A stretch of 64,000 bases of DNA, taken from contig OZ024745.1 of NCBI GenBank assembly GCA_964016885.1, positions 14,136,001 through 14,200,000 of the forward strand, in the 5' to 3' direction. Below are positions 1-12,766 of this stretch, one piece after another. Made by a program: the position numbers and the translations under genes. Source of the DNA: Eledone cirrhosa. Taxonomy: Eukaryota. Numbering within the stretch: position 1 is the first letter of the stretch; each line of letters opens with the position of its first letter. Below the pieces are notes generated by a model. The model was not told the origin of the DNA. It worked only from the letters and a program-made list of their open reading frames with translations, and made no database searches.

Positions 1-801
1 TGGCAGTTCCAAATCCTTTTTACCTCCCACTTTAAGTCCTGGTATCGGTTAATTTTCTCCCTCTCCTTCTCTTGCACTCTCATGTCGAATGGGCATGCTA
101 CATCCACAATCAGGCACGATCTTTTTTCTTTGTCCAAAACCACCAGGTCAGGTCTATTGTGTTCCAGTTTCTTGTCCGTCTGTATCCTAATATCCCACAG
201 CACCTTCACCTGATCGTTTTCTATCACCGACTCTGGCTTATGCTCATACCACTTCTCAGAATGTGGTAAATTGTTTACTTTGCGTAGGTGCCAGTGGATC
301 ACCCTGCCCATCACATCATGTCTCCAGCCCTTATAGTGAGTCTGGGCTAGGTGTTTACACTCGGATACAATGTGAGCCACAGTCTCCTCTCTCTCTCCAC
401 AGATCCTGCACAGTGGGCTAGCCTCCTCCTTGTAAATATGGTGTTTCAACCACTTCGTTTTGAGGGCCTGCTCTTGCGCAGCAATTAGCATTCCTTCTGT
501 AGCCTTTTTAAGGTCTCCTTTTTTCAACCAGTTCCATATCTGTGGATCTCTGAATTCAGTTTTCTCAAAGAAGGTACTATGAAGGGATTTTTCATGAAGG
601 CTGCTCTTTCTCCTTGTTATTTCCTCCTTGGACATCCCCTGGTCTATTGTCCTCTCCTTCAGTACAATTCTGAGCATTGGCTCCCTACTGTCAGTCACGT
701 ATTTGTGTAGGTTGTTTTTCTTCATCTGAACACAGTCCACTATGCTGATAAGACCTCTTCCACCTTCAGATCTCTTTAAGTAGAGTCTATCGACATCACT
801 C
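1..801 (-). mobile_element. R4/Dong-clade non-LTR retrotransposon, 5'-truncated C-terminal fragment (CCHC finger plus restriction-like endonuclease); runs off the window start
   Basis: Manual minus-strand translation from about 801: SDVDRLYLKRSEGGRGLISI...WLKKGDLKKATEGMLIAAQEQALKT...CRICGEREETVAHIVSEC...RHD...VLWDIRIQTDKKLEHNRPDLVVLDKEKRSCLIVDVACPFD. This has the Cx2Cx7Hx4C, RHD and PD..D RLE motifs typical of R4/Dong. It abuts a (GAA)n/(TAA)n microsatellite. Confidence 0.85.
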
Positions 802-821
802 TTCTTCTTCTTCTTCTTCTT

Positions 822-890
<69 letters not shown>
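801..890. repeat. Compound (CTT)n(TTA)n microsatellite
   Basis: Directly visible. Confidence 0.95.
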
Positions 891-977
891 TCATTAAACT
901 ACAGTCAAGTGGAATCTATTTTGGTTTCTCTCTTCATTAACTTCATCAACAATATATATATATATATATATATCTAT

Positions 978-2191
978 CTAAGGCGGGTAAAATTCCCGAG
1001 ATCCATGGACGAGTTCTCTCCAGCGGTCTCTGTCCCTCATTATCGCTGCCATGTCCTGCGTCTCCAACAGACCAGTGTCTGTCCTTAGGGCATCAACATA
1101 TGTTAACCTTGGTCTTCCTCTTCCAGTGTGTCCATGTAGGGGATCCCAAAGGAGCACGGAGTGCAATGTCAACTCTGGATGTCGGTGAGCATGTCCAGCC
1201 AACCTCAGTCTCCTCTGTGTCACTTTTGAGCTGACTTTTGGGAGGCTCCCATACAGCTCTGAGTTTTTCATCCTCAGTGTATACTGATTAATGTTCAGAG
1301 CCATCCTCAGCATTCTCGTGTAGCACTCATCCACCATCTGAGTGAGTCTCTTGGTCAGTGTCCAAGTCTCAGACCCATACAGCAGCACAGACTCCACTAC
1401 AGCAATGAAGAGGCGGATTTTCAGGTCTCTACGAAGGTCCGACTTCCACACCGATCTCAAGCTGTGGCACGCCGCCCAGGCCTTGCTCTTCCTCTCAACC
1501 ACATCATCTTCCGTATTCCCAATCTTTGCTCCCAAATACAGGAAGTCCTCAACCAATTCCAGCAGCTTCCCGCCTACATTAGTGATCCCCTCTGGCTTCT
1601 CAACATTCTCTACCAGATATTTTGTTTTAGTCTCATTCATTCTCAGCCCCACACTCATCGACACAGTCTCAACCTCCCGCATCAAATCCTCTGCCTCCTT
1701 CACTGTATTTGTCACCAAAACTATGTCGTCGGCAAATTCAGCATCCGATACCTTTTTCGCCCCAACTCTCCTGCTCCGAGCCGGTGCTACAGTAAAGCCA
1801 GAGTCCTGGTGTTTCTCCAGTGCAAGGCGCATACAATAGTCCACTACGATGATAAAAAGGTAGGGAGCCAATGTATCTCCCTGGAGCACTCCAGCCAGTA
1901 TCTCAAAGAACTCTGTCATCCCATCAGGTGTAATGACTTGGGCTTTGGTGTTGGTGTAGAGCAGTGATATCAGGTCCACTATCCTCTTGGGGATTCCATA
2001 AGCCTGTAAGATCTTCATCAGGCAGTAACGGTCCACAGAATCAAAGGCCTTCCTAAAGTCAATGAAAACCATAACCGCAGGAAGGCACTTTGCTCTAGCT
2101 CCCTCTAATATCCTCCTCAGCATCAGGATGTGACTGGTGGTTGATCTACCCTCTCTGAAGCCGTTCTGGTTGTCCCTGAGCTTCTTCTCCA

Positions 2192-2196
<5 letters not shown>
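978..2196 (-). mobile_element. RTE-clade LINE, 5'-truncated; open RT-domain ORF fragment (404 aa) with no endonuclease domain
   Basis: ORF 978..2192 has QNGFREGRST, FIDFRKAFDSV, GVLQGDTLAP, FADD, FLYLG, LLYGSETW, RRLRLAGH and GRGRPR. The stop codon is followed immediately by (TA)n, and (TA)n lies on both sides. The ATG is probably an internal Met. Confidence 0.93.
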
Positions 2197-2267
<71 letters not shown>

Positions 2268-2549
2268 CTGATGGTAGCTAAGATGCTTCCATAGGAGGTA
2301 TGCCGGTTGAGCACTCTCTGCTCTTACAGAGCAGAGTATGATAGAATAGAAAACGAAAAATCAGTGATGCATCTGAACTCAATTTATTGTCTGTTACAGT
2401 TGTTTCGCCGGCGGACAGCTCGAGACGCAATCATTGTGTGAATCAGACAGATCCACACAATAATCGCGTCTCAAGATGTCCGCCGGCGAAACAACTGTAA
2501 CAGACAATAAATTGAGTTCAGATGCATCACTGATTTTTCGTTTTCTATT
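2268..2549 (-). mobile_element. Fold-back fragment of the HHR-bearing family at 21495-21962 (arms 2345-2441/2453-2549; tail 2268-2344)
   Basis: About 97-bp inverted arms. The arm (...gcgtctcgagctgtccgccggcGAAAcaactgTAacagacaataaattg...cactgatttttcg) and the tail (tatcatactctgctctgtaagagcagagagtgctcaaccgg) align by eye with 21795-21950. Confidence 0.75.
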
Positions 2550-2669
2550 ATATATATATATATAATATTGATGAAGTTAATGAAGAGAGAAACCAAAATA
2601 GATTCCACTTGACTGCAGTTTAATAAAATAATAATTGTTTCTACTTTTGGCGCATTAACTTCATCAACA

Positions 2670-2726
<57 letters not shown>

Positions 2727-2824
2727 AATACTATTTATAGTTATGTATATGCTATAAACAACTATAAACAGGAAAGGTCAGTAATTTTCGACTACCTTAT
2801 TACCAGTAAGAGAAATAGCTCAAT

Positions 2825-2869
2825 GCTCCGATGATTCCAAACGAGAGTTTGGAAGAAACGATTGTCAGC
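2825..2869 (+). ncRNA. Minimal type I hammerhead ribozyme (U4C core variant) in a short PLE pseudo-LTR fragment (2730-2910)
   Basis: gct-CCGATGA-ttccaaac/gaga/gtttggaa-GAAA-cgattg-TC-agc. Flanks resemble the PLE end at 50430-50680 and 54397-54480. Confidence 0.75.
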
Positions 2870-2914
2870 TATTAAATGATTTGAACACAACTTTGATAAT
2901 TGTCTAATTTATTT

Positions 2915-3062
<148 letters not shown>

Positions 3063-3659
3063 CGTATATATATATATATGCAGTATGCAGAAAGATCAGT
3101 TTTTCATTTTTAGAGACTCCCTTTCGTATTTTATTTGTTAATGTTGTTAGTATTATCAAATCATTTCTTTTAATGGAAGTAAAACATTTTCTATTTTTTA
3201 TTTCTGTCAATAATATCTCCTAAAGTGAGGATATCTAACTACTTTGATCATTGAAACATCAATTGTAGAATAGTTACATCTATATTTCTCTCTAAACGAG
3301 GTTTGATATGAACGTTTTATTGTTTCATATGTTGATTCTTGATATTTTCATCTAATGGTTTATGTCTCTATCGAGATTATTAGTCCAACATGATATAAAT
3401 CAAATCCATAAAACAGATATTAACTAAGTGAAATATTTTGTTTCCGTAAGTTCCAAACTAATTTTGTTATAGATATATAACTCGTGTTTCAGCAAGTTAG
3501 GGTAATGAACCTTCTAATTCACTACAATCTGAATTGATCCAAGAATAATTAGGTAGCCTTTTATTATTCACAGTTATATAAATAACATTACAAATATTGA
3601 CAAAGTTGGCTTAAAAACCATTGGCGATTACATAAATATGAAAAAGAAAGATAAAAGCA

Positions 3660-4030
3660 AAATTAAGTAATGAGCAAATGGGGGAGGGGTAAAGAAGGGC
3701 AGATCTGGCTGTATGGGAAAGTAGAGGAAAGGACTATGAATGAGAGGAAAAGGAGAGGAAAAGCAAGGTCTCTAAGGTCACAGAAGTAAAGGAGGGGGAA
3801 GGGTAGAGGGTGATGGGCTTAGGGCGCCTCTGTGTTGGGGCTGAGTCCCGCGCACAAAACTGCAAAAAACATTTCCGTGAACTATGGCCAGTGACACTCG
3901 TTGCAACAGCCACCCTACCTCGCAGCGCTCCTTCCTCAGACGGTCTGCTGACGTTCCGATTTTACGGTGGAGCTCGGCAGTACGGGGTCCAAGGACGCCT
4001 GAGGTCTCAACGGCCACCAGTGACCTACTA
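3660..4030 (-). mobile_element. CRE-like (RLE-type) non-LTR retrotransposon 3' fragment
   Basis: AVETSGVLGPRTAELHRKIG...WLLQRVSLAIVHGN matches the AVETxG..G...QRxSxAxxRGN C-terminal signature of CRE-like elements. A pyrimidine-rich 3' UTR follows on the minus strand. Confidence 0.7.
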
Positions 4031-4175
4031 ATTACTCTCTTTCATGTAGTCTGCTTTGTTGCTGTTTTGGTCATATGAAACAATCTACCATCTGTGTGTA
4101 TGTATGTATGTATGTATGTATGTATGTATGTATGTATGTATGTATGTATGTATGTATGTATGTATGTATGTATGT

Positions 4176-5130
4176 CAGTGTGTCAGGTCACCAGTTGGTG
4201 CTACTGGTAACATGTATTCCAGTACAACCTGTCCCATGGTCGGGTCGTTGGCGACTAAACTGGCAATCCTACCAAGGTTTCTTGGTGAGGAGGGTGACTT
4301 TGGACATCCTGCAGGACTAAAAACAAAACCTGTTAAAGGGAAAAGGAGCATTGCTTTATATCTGGGGATCTCTCTGCTCTGCACTTGTCGTCACATGGTA
4401 CCATGGGCCCAGCACTATGTGTCAATAATTGTCACAAGTGTAGTGTTTGTATCAGAGTTTTCAAGTCGCTGGCTGGACTAAAAAGTCACACTCGCTCAGC
4501 GCATCGGTAGGGGTTCTCCTACAGGGATATAAAGTAGTGGCCGTATTCAAAAACGAGTTGGCAGACACCATGTATGTATGTATGTATGTATGTATGACTA
4601 AACTGGCAACCCCACCAATGTTTCTTGGTGAGGAGGGTGACTTTGGACATCCTGCAGGACTAAAAACAAAACCTGACAAAGGGCACAGGAGCTCTTAAGA
4701 GTCAATGGCCATCCAAAATCACCGGGAGAGATGACCCCTTAGCCTTTGTCAAGGTAGAATTCTAGGAGAAGGAAAACTCTGATATAACACCTGCAACCTT
4801 GATGGTATCCAATGATGTTAACTTGTTCTTCTTTTTGGTAAATATCATCTTGGTTAAGAGAGTGGGACTGGCTTTGTGCAGTGCCTTTGCTCACTATAAA
4901 ATCTTCACGGCACAGGCATTGCTTTATATCTGGAGATCTCTCTGAACTTGTTGTCACATGGTACCATAGGCCCAGCACTATGTGTCAATAATTGTCACAA
5001 GTGTAGTGTTTGTACCAGAGTTTTCAAGTCGCTGGCTGGACTAAAAAGTCACACGTTCAGCGCATCGGTAGGGGTTCTCCTACATGGATATAAAGTAGTG
5101 GCCGTACTCGAAAACGAGTTGGCAGCCACC
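4176..5130 (+). mobile_element. Two tandem copies (4176-4570, 4596-5130) of a short non-autonomous RTE-derived retroposon with (ATGT)n tails
   Basis: Shared blocks gactaaactggcaa...ggactaaaaacaaaacctg and gcattgctttatatctgg...gagttggcag. The 3' part encodes an RTE-type C-terminal zinc finger CSVCTRVFKSLAGLKSH. Each copy sits between (GTAT)n runs. Confidence 0.65.
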
Positions 5131-5865
5131 ATGTATGTATGTATGTATGTATGTATGTATGTATGTATGTATGTATGTATGTATGTATGTATGCATGCGT
5201 GTATGTATGCATGCATGTATGTGTGTATGTATGTGTATGCATGTATGTATGTATGTATGTATGTATGTATGTATGTATGTATGTATGTATGTGTGTGTGT
5301 GTATGTATGTATATATGTGTGTGTATGTATGGACACCGTAGTGACGTACGGCGATTCTTGGGTATTCTAAGCCAATTCTCTAGGTCTAAATACAACAGAT
5401 TTCTTCCATCGAATTGATCTCCTAGACATTTCAAATAGAAGAACACTAATAGATTATTGAGATCTCCGTAGAAAGTGATTTTGGTTGAGACCAGATAGAA
5501 AAAGGAAGAACAAAACTAAATTGTAGAATTCATTTTGGTAAAAATATCTAAAAAATCTATTTTTCCACGCCAAACCTTTCTCCAACGGAAGAATAAAAAC
5601 ACCAGTAAAGGAGAGGATTCCAAACGAAGCCTACTATGTTATTTAAAGCCTCACCCCATCTGTTCGGTTATGGCTGATCATGGGACTTCATCTGGAAAGT
5701 TTCTCTCTCCAAGGTGCAAGTCTGGGCAAATTGTTTTTCGGAAGATCAGTAATCACCCAACAACTGGTCAATACGTTACCCAAGAAATGGTCAATACGAT
5801 ATTGTCGAAGGGAAGAAAGATAAGGGCCTGTACGTTGAGTTGAGATACAAGAACAAGTAGCTTAA

Positions 5866-6086
5866 CTCTTTAGTATTTACATCATTCTATATTTACTACT
5901 GTATTTTCACGGTAAACACTTTATCTCACATAATTATCTCGCACTATATCAAATCTACAAGATTTTCATATTATTTATTTTGATAATAATACTTTAACAA
6001 AAGTATGAGCAGCTGGTTATGGCCGGTTTGAACAGAAAAAGGTGAGAGAATTCTCGTCGGATATGGCCGGTTTAAATGCTAAAGGG
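5866..6086. mobile_element. piggyBac-like MITE with TTAA target-site duplication
   Basis: TTAA|ctctttagtattta ... taaatgctaaaggg|TTAA: 14-bp imperfect TIRs, with TTAA at 5862-5865 and 6087-6090. Confidence 0.7.
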
Positions 6087-6879
6087 TTAACAGCAATAGG
6101 TTGAAATGTTTATAGCCTGACTATAAAGGAGTGATACTAGAGCTGTGAAATCTTGCATGCATTAATTTAATCTCTTTTTTCTTAATAACTGCATTGTCTC
6201 TTAACAGGGACTATGTTGAAAAATAAACCTCATTTGGTCATTCCACGAGAGTATCTTGGACAGCCTATGAACCTTTCAGCCAATGAACGTTTCAACTAAC
6301 CCTCGTTCAAGTAAGTAGCTGAACAGCGCTACTTTAAAAGAACATAACTATACTTTAGACCTGAGCAACAGGTATTTACCATTACATCACCAATAATCTT
6401 GACCTAATTCTTCATTTATGTAAACTACACAAAAAATTCATTATTTTCTCCTTCAATTAAGAATATTTTAAACGCTTTTATCGCAAACGATCTGACTAGA
6501 GCGTAGATATCTTTTTTTCATTCTCAAGAATAAATGAAAATGAATGCATTATCAAGATTCTCTTCTTGAGAATATACAAAATTATCTAACAGAGGAATCA
6601 ACAGTAAATTTTCTTTTTTCTATTCTTCTATAGAGAAATAGTTATTAAATATAATAAACAAACAGCATGGTTATTTTTCTCTTCTGATGAGAAGTTTCAG
6701 CTAATCTCATTATTAATTATTATCTACGGCTATATGATCCAATTTAAATGTCTACCATTCTATTTACTGGGACAATTTTCATTGTCTGCCATTGTCTTAA
6801 ACCAAATCAGGGTGGATTATATCTTTCATATTATCTAGAGTCACTCAAAGACTCATTCTGTTATAACTAAAGTGGCAGG

Positions 6880-7060
6880 AGGGCGGTGGATTGACAGTAG
6901 AATCGGTAGAGCGCCGTACAATACGCTGTGTTTAAATCCCGTCGAGGTTAGCTTTGCGGGGTCGAGAAAATAAAGTACCAGTATCGCACTGGGGTCGATT
7001 TAATCGACTTTCACCTCCCCGCAAAATTGTTGTCCTTGTGCTTTAATCAGAAACCATTAT
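6880..7060 (+). mobile_element. tRNA-derived SINE, family A
   Basis: A-box-like head (gaatcggtagagcg), B-box remnant, body aataaagtaccagt...ggggtcgatttaatcgact, tail ccttgtgc...agaaaccatta. Repeated several times in the window. Confidence 0.75.
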
Positions 7061-7171
7061 AACTAAAGTTTACCAATTAACCTTTGTAATATGTTGCTGC
7101 TGCTGCTGTTGCTGCTGCTGTTGTTGTTGTTGCTGTTGTTGCTGCTACTGTTTTTTTTCTTTTTTTTTTCC

Positions 7172-7897
7172 TTACCGCAGGCGCCTGAGGATTACCCTAG
7201 TAGCGCTAGACTGGCGTGTGGGAGACGCACGAGTTCATCCATGCTGGAGCCGAGTTGGTGGTGATAATAATCCACCATCAAGGTCGGGCATCTCATTTGA
7301 TCGGTTTGGTGTTTGTGTGGATCTTTCCCTGCCATAGGTGGCATCGGAGATTTTGATCACTTGCTGGCGATATAAGCGTTGGTACGACGGCTGTTTCCCC
7401 GGCAGAGACTGCAGACGACGCTTTGATGACACTTCTGTTGAACTCGAGTCAAGCCGCTACATTTCCTGTGGAAATCGCGTCGGCAGATGAATGGTGCGAA
7501 GTTACGGCGAATCGTCTTGGCACACCCTGGGCAGATGGGTCCGAGGTTGATCTCCATGTCGCCCGCCTGGAGGGAGGATTAACCGGAGATACAGGGTGGG
7601 AGTTGCCCCCCCCCCCCGGTTATAGAAAAACGGTGCGTCTCCCACGACGCAGTCTGGGTAGGATATGGTCCGAGTTCGTAAGTCGTCTGAAGACGACCCC
7701 ACACAACACACCTCTGGAAGGTCTGGGTCCATATAAACGTGCTGGCTGCTGCCGCCGCCGCCACTCTCACCACTTCTCGACCGCTGCTTGATGACGAAGA
7801 GAACGAAATGGTTTTCGCCTGACATTTACTGTGTGGCGATGACGAAACGAAAAAAGGATAAGGAAAAGGAAAGCGAGACTCGACGCTGACAGCTGGA
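7172..7897 (-). mobile_element. Internally deleted non-LTR retroposon (Ingi/CR1-like) with a degenerate 2A-like motif and a PHD-like finger; (AAC/AGC)n tail
   Basis: Minus strand: LQAGDMEINLGP-ICPGCAKTIRRNFAPFIC..DFHRKCSGLT...VVCSLC. GC-rich block flanked by (GTT/GCT)n microsatellites. The clade assignment is inference. Confidence 0.6.
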
Positions 7898-7951
7898 TTA
7901 TTATTGTGGAAGTATACACGTTGTTGTTGTTGTTGTTGCTGCTGTTGCTGT

Positions 7952-7986
<35 letters not shown>

Positions 7987-9049
7987 CTGTTGTTGTTGTT
8001 GTTGTTGTTGGTTTTTTATTTTTTATTTTTTTTATTTTTAAGTAAGGTAATCTCAGTGATATTTCTCTCTTGTACATTTTGCAACCAAGATTTCAAACGC
8101 TAACACGTACTAAGCTCTTTGCCGTAAATAGTCGGTTAAATTCTATATTTACTAATCAAGATAACGAGTATTTATGCTGAGTGCAAAATATATATTTCAT
8201 TCCCTAAAATAAATGTTTTTTCTTTATAATATTCTGTTGAATATCTAGTAAGATTCTTTTTCCATAAGTGAGTACTTACATAACTGGATTGCCACATTTA
8301 TTAATGCAACAAGCTTGTCATATCTACGAAAGTAATTACAGCAAAACATTTCGATTCGATATACCACTGTTTAAGAAGATATTTTCTCTGAGTTGATGTC
8401 AAATACAATTATCAACATTAGCTTATAATAGTGAGAGATGGAGAGAGCGAGAAAGACGGAGGCAGTGAATGTAAACTAAAAGAGCAATAAGAGAAACCCT
8501 GGTTTATTATCAACATTCTATACCATTGATAAACAGGGCCAACACACATATTTACAAAATTGCCTTGGCAGACATCCTCTTTCAAATTCATTCAAAACTT
8601 ACTGGAAAATTAACGCGTGACTTGCTTTGAAGAATCATATTAAAAATAAGTGATCGCTAAACCTGTATAGAATATATATAACGATTATATGAATAGTCGG
8701 TTAAAATTGTAGACATGTACATGTATGTATGTATGTATGTATGTATGTATGTATGTATGTATGTATGTATGTATGTTCTTCTGGTTTTATAATTTCACAA
8801 ATGTTTGCCAATAGAGAGAGAGTCAGTTTCTAACATAGTTACAAGACTCTCTCATTGGAATTTACACAACATCAACTAGGTAGATATGTATGTATGTCTG
8901 CGTGCATGCATGTGTAGGTATGGATGTTATTGTATGTGTGGATGTCTATGTTTTGAGTTGTATGTGTGCATTAGATGTAAAATCTTTGGAATGTTATACA
9001 TATTTTTATTGTTCCATTAATGTATTGTACTTGTAATTTCCTAACTAGC

Positions 9050-9385
9050 TGTGGTTGCGACGACGAGTGTTCCAGTTGTTCAAATACCAGAACAGCTTGC
9101 TCTTGAAATTAACATACAAGTAGTTGAGTATTTCACTGACCCGCGAACAGGTGAAGCCTTAATGTATGAGAGTTCTTAGGGAAATTTAGCGTGACACGGT
9201 ATGTGACAAGGATGTCCCTTTGAATTATAAAAGTGAAACTCATTTTTTTCTGCTGGGTGGTCGGAGCAACGTGAAAGAAAGGGTTTATTCAAGGACAGAA
9301 TGTGATGCCAAGAATCGACCCCTTCCCCCAATATTACGATCATAAGCCGAACACCCTAACCACAAAGTCGCACCCTTTCACAACC
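9050..9385 (-). mobile_element. tRNA-derived SINE, family B (degenerate)
   Basis: Minus strand: gtgaaagggtgcg...gtggttagggtgttcggct...gtccttgaataaacc...tttcacgttgctcc...cttgtcacataccgtgtcacgct. Confidence 0.65.
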
Positions 9386-9609
9386 ATACGTTGGATTAGA
9401 ATAAGTCACAGTATTTGTTTCTCCGCTCTGATTTGAAATCTCACTAGGTTTATCTTTGTTTTCCATCCTTTGGGGGGTTAATAATTAAAGCACCAGTCCG
9501 GCGTGTAATAGTTAAGTCGGGTGTGATGACTTGTGGCATATCTTTCAGCGCATTCTGTATGTGCCTGCAACAACACTGGATGTAGTGGAACCAGTAACAT
9601 GGAAACTCA

Positions 9610-9755
9610 TTTGTACAGGTGAGTAAACTGGAGCAATGTGAAATAAAGCGAATAAAGTGCCTTGCTCAAGGACACAACGCATCACTCGGTTTGGGAATCG
9701 AACACACAAAGCTCATGATTACAAGCCCAGCGATTTAACCACTAAGACATGCACC

Positions 9756-9760
<5 letters not shown>
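9610..9760 (-). mobile_element. tRNA-derived SINE, family B, 5' part
   Basis: Minus strand: tagtggttaaatcgctgggcttgtaa...gttcgattccc...tgtgtccttgagcaaggcactttat (A/B boxes plus conserved central block). Confidence 0.7.
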
Positions 9761-9808
<48 letters not shown>

Positions 9809-9833
9809 ATACATATATATATATGTGTGTGTG

Positions 9834-9870
<37 letters not shown>

Positions 9871-10594
9871 ATGTATATATATATATACATAATCAACAAT
9901 AATGACTTTGTAAATGAATGAAGAGAAAGAAATTTGGAAGAGAATATAAATGAGTACAGAGTCAATGGAATTTTCTGTAAAATCCTATTATCTTAATACA
10001 TAACATACTATGAATATATCTTTTGCTTTTAGTACCATTAGGAAAAAGATCGATAAATTTTAGGATTATTCAATTTCCTAATGGAAATTATCATATGTAT
10101 TAAAATTGGTTAAATTTTCATCAACCTACCGAAAATAATTCTAATAAAAAGAATCAACTGGCCGCCATGGAAACGCTATTACTATAGAGTGTTAATTAAT
10201 AATTTAAAGCTGTCTAAGTCGAATTCTAAAATAGGAGGAAAAATCGATATTAATTACAAATCACAAAAAAATAAGAATAAAAGAACAAATATCCCCCCTC
10301 CCCTTCTCCTGTATAAGAGCTGCGTTACATATAAACTCCTGTAATAGTTATAAATAACATTTCTAACAGGTATTCGCACCATCTAGACATGTTTTTGTTA
10401 GAGGTGTTGTTAATGTTCAATCGTCCCCCGGGGATGGATTGATGGTGGTGGTGGGTGGTGCTGTTAGTGTCCTAATGACTCTGAAATAACTGATGGAACT
10501 TGACGAAAGCACTCTATAAATCTTGTGTCAAGGACACTAGATATGATTTATTTTGATCTAAGTACAAGTACGTAACATTATGTAGTGTTTCGTA

Positions 10595-10812
10595 GAGTGG
10601 TGGTTCAGCAATAATCGGTAGAGCGTCGGACAACATGCTTTGCAGCTTAGAGTTACGTCCCTTTACATTCTAAGTTCAAATCCCACCAAGGTTAGCTTTG
10701 CCTTTCATTCTTACAGGGTCAATAAAATAAAGTACCAGTAATGCACTGGGGTTGATTTATTCGTCTCCTCCCCCCCAGAATTGTTGGTCTTGCGCCAAAA
10801 TTAACAACCATT
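10595..10812 (+). mobile_element. tRNA-derived SINE, family A
   Basis: aatcggtagagcgtcggac...gttcaaatccc...aataaagtaccagta...ttgcgccaaaattaacaaccatt. Confidence 0.8.
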
Positions 10813-10946
10813 ATGATTTCTTTTGAATGAAACAGTTCAAGTCCTGTAGAAGCCGTTTCTATATTAAACATAATGTTTACACTCTACTAATGTATTGAAT
10901 ACCTTACTTACAGTGGTTACCTCTGATTGAACCCGCGACTCACATC
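10812..10946 (+). mobile_element. PLE-type 3' end fragment (same family as 27832-28128 and 23272-23328)
   Basis: atgatttcttttgaatgaaacagttcaagtcctgtagaagc...tgtattgaataccttacttacagtggttacctctgattgaaccc aligns with 27893-28008. Confidence 0.7.
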
Positions 10947-12466
10947 TATATATATGGTCCAATGTGCCTTATTCTGAATACTTTATGTTATTAGAGAGCC
11001 AACAACCACCTAACAGTTATCTCTGTTAGTGGTTTTAATGACAGACAGTACAATAGATCTCAACACTTCCACTTCTTTGACAATCTACGTATATACATCG
11101 TATCTCTGTTGAAGTAACATCCAAATAATGGTGTTTGTGGCTGACAGAAATATTTAGACAATAATAACAACGATATCAACAAATCTCATGAAATCTCAAA
11201 AAGGATTTACTGGTTTCTCTTTGTTTTCTATTACCTAAGCGTGTATTTGTCACGAACATTGCAAATGTCGTAGAAATCCCCGAAAGGCCAACCGAGACTC
11301 ACTTCCTATGACAATAGAATATTAATATTACAAACCTATAAAATTATTAATAATACAAAGTAACATTTCAATATAGAACTCGAAAATGTCTTCCTTTTGA
11401 ATTGAGAAAAAAGAACTACAAAAACAAAACGAAAACAAAACAAAACAAGATAAACATTGTATATATCTTGAAGCTTTATACTGCATTTCTAACTTAAAAA
11501 GTCTATTCTAAAGCCAGTCTCGAACCCGGAGGCAAGCCTGCATTTGCTATATATTTTCCTTCCAACGCCACACTATATAATAAACTTCCTTGTCTACTTT
11601 ATCTGTCTCACTATAGGTACACTTAGTGGCTAAATGTGAAAGTTCAACAAAGCGATCGGTTCTAACGTTGCTCCTCCCATTATCCGTAGAGCTATCTTCC
11701 ACTATTCTAAGTATTTCTGTCTGGGAGCTCTATTTCTGTCTGGGAGCTCTTCCAGTCTATGGAAACAAGATACAATAAATTTCAGTCTCCCAAAATGTAT
11801 CTTCCTTGACTTTACGAAACTGTCAACTATCAACCTATCAGAACAGTCATACGTACACACACACACACACACATATATATATGTACATATATGTATATAA
11901 ATATGTATATATATATGTATATATATGTATATCTATATATATAAAAACATTTTCTAATTATAATCCTAGCTAACCCATGATTAGAACCTACATTTTTCTC
12001 TAAATATCTCTATTTATATCTCTTTCAAATAGCCAGTTTTATTACATAAACAAGTGATGACAAGTCCACCATTTCACCTTCATCCTTATCTGTAACTGTT
12101 ATGCTGATGTTATTAAAATTAATGAATTTACGGCCTGTTTATTTTCTTACCACAATAGCCACTCCCATCACTTATGTGATCCCCTTTGATCTATAGATTA
12201 ACTATGTCTCAGCCAATGACATATCTTATTTAGAAGGTACCAAATATTGATGGAATACCATAGGTCAACTTATAAATTCTTTCTCTTGTCTTCGATACTA
12301 GTATCACTAGAAATTCTAAATATAGTTTTTATTCTCTGAGATTCATTAAGTAATTATGTAATAAGAGGGAGTGATTGGAACTCGAGTGATTGGAACTCGA
12401 TGATGAAACACGTGTTAGAATGTATAATTAAATAAGTTTTTCTAATCACGCCTTGTATGTTTTTCC

Positions 12467-12555
<89 letters not shown>

Positions 12556-12688
12556 AACACACACACACACACACACGCACACGCACACACACACACGCGC
12601 GCACACACGCACACATACACATATATATATATATTACTCTATTACCCTATTACGTGTTCCAGCCAACAGGCTGAGGCTATGCTGTGTA

Positions 12689-12766
<78 letters not shown>

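Noticed and set aside
5330-5850. Possible host exon / 102-aa ORF
   Set aside because: TTG start, no recognisable homology; cannot be supported without a database search.
6681-6705. CTGATGA motif
   Set aside because: No GAAA half or flanking stems.
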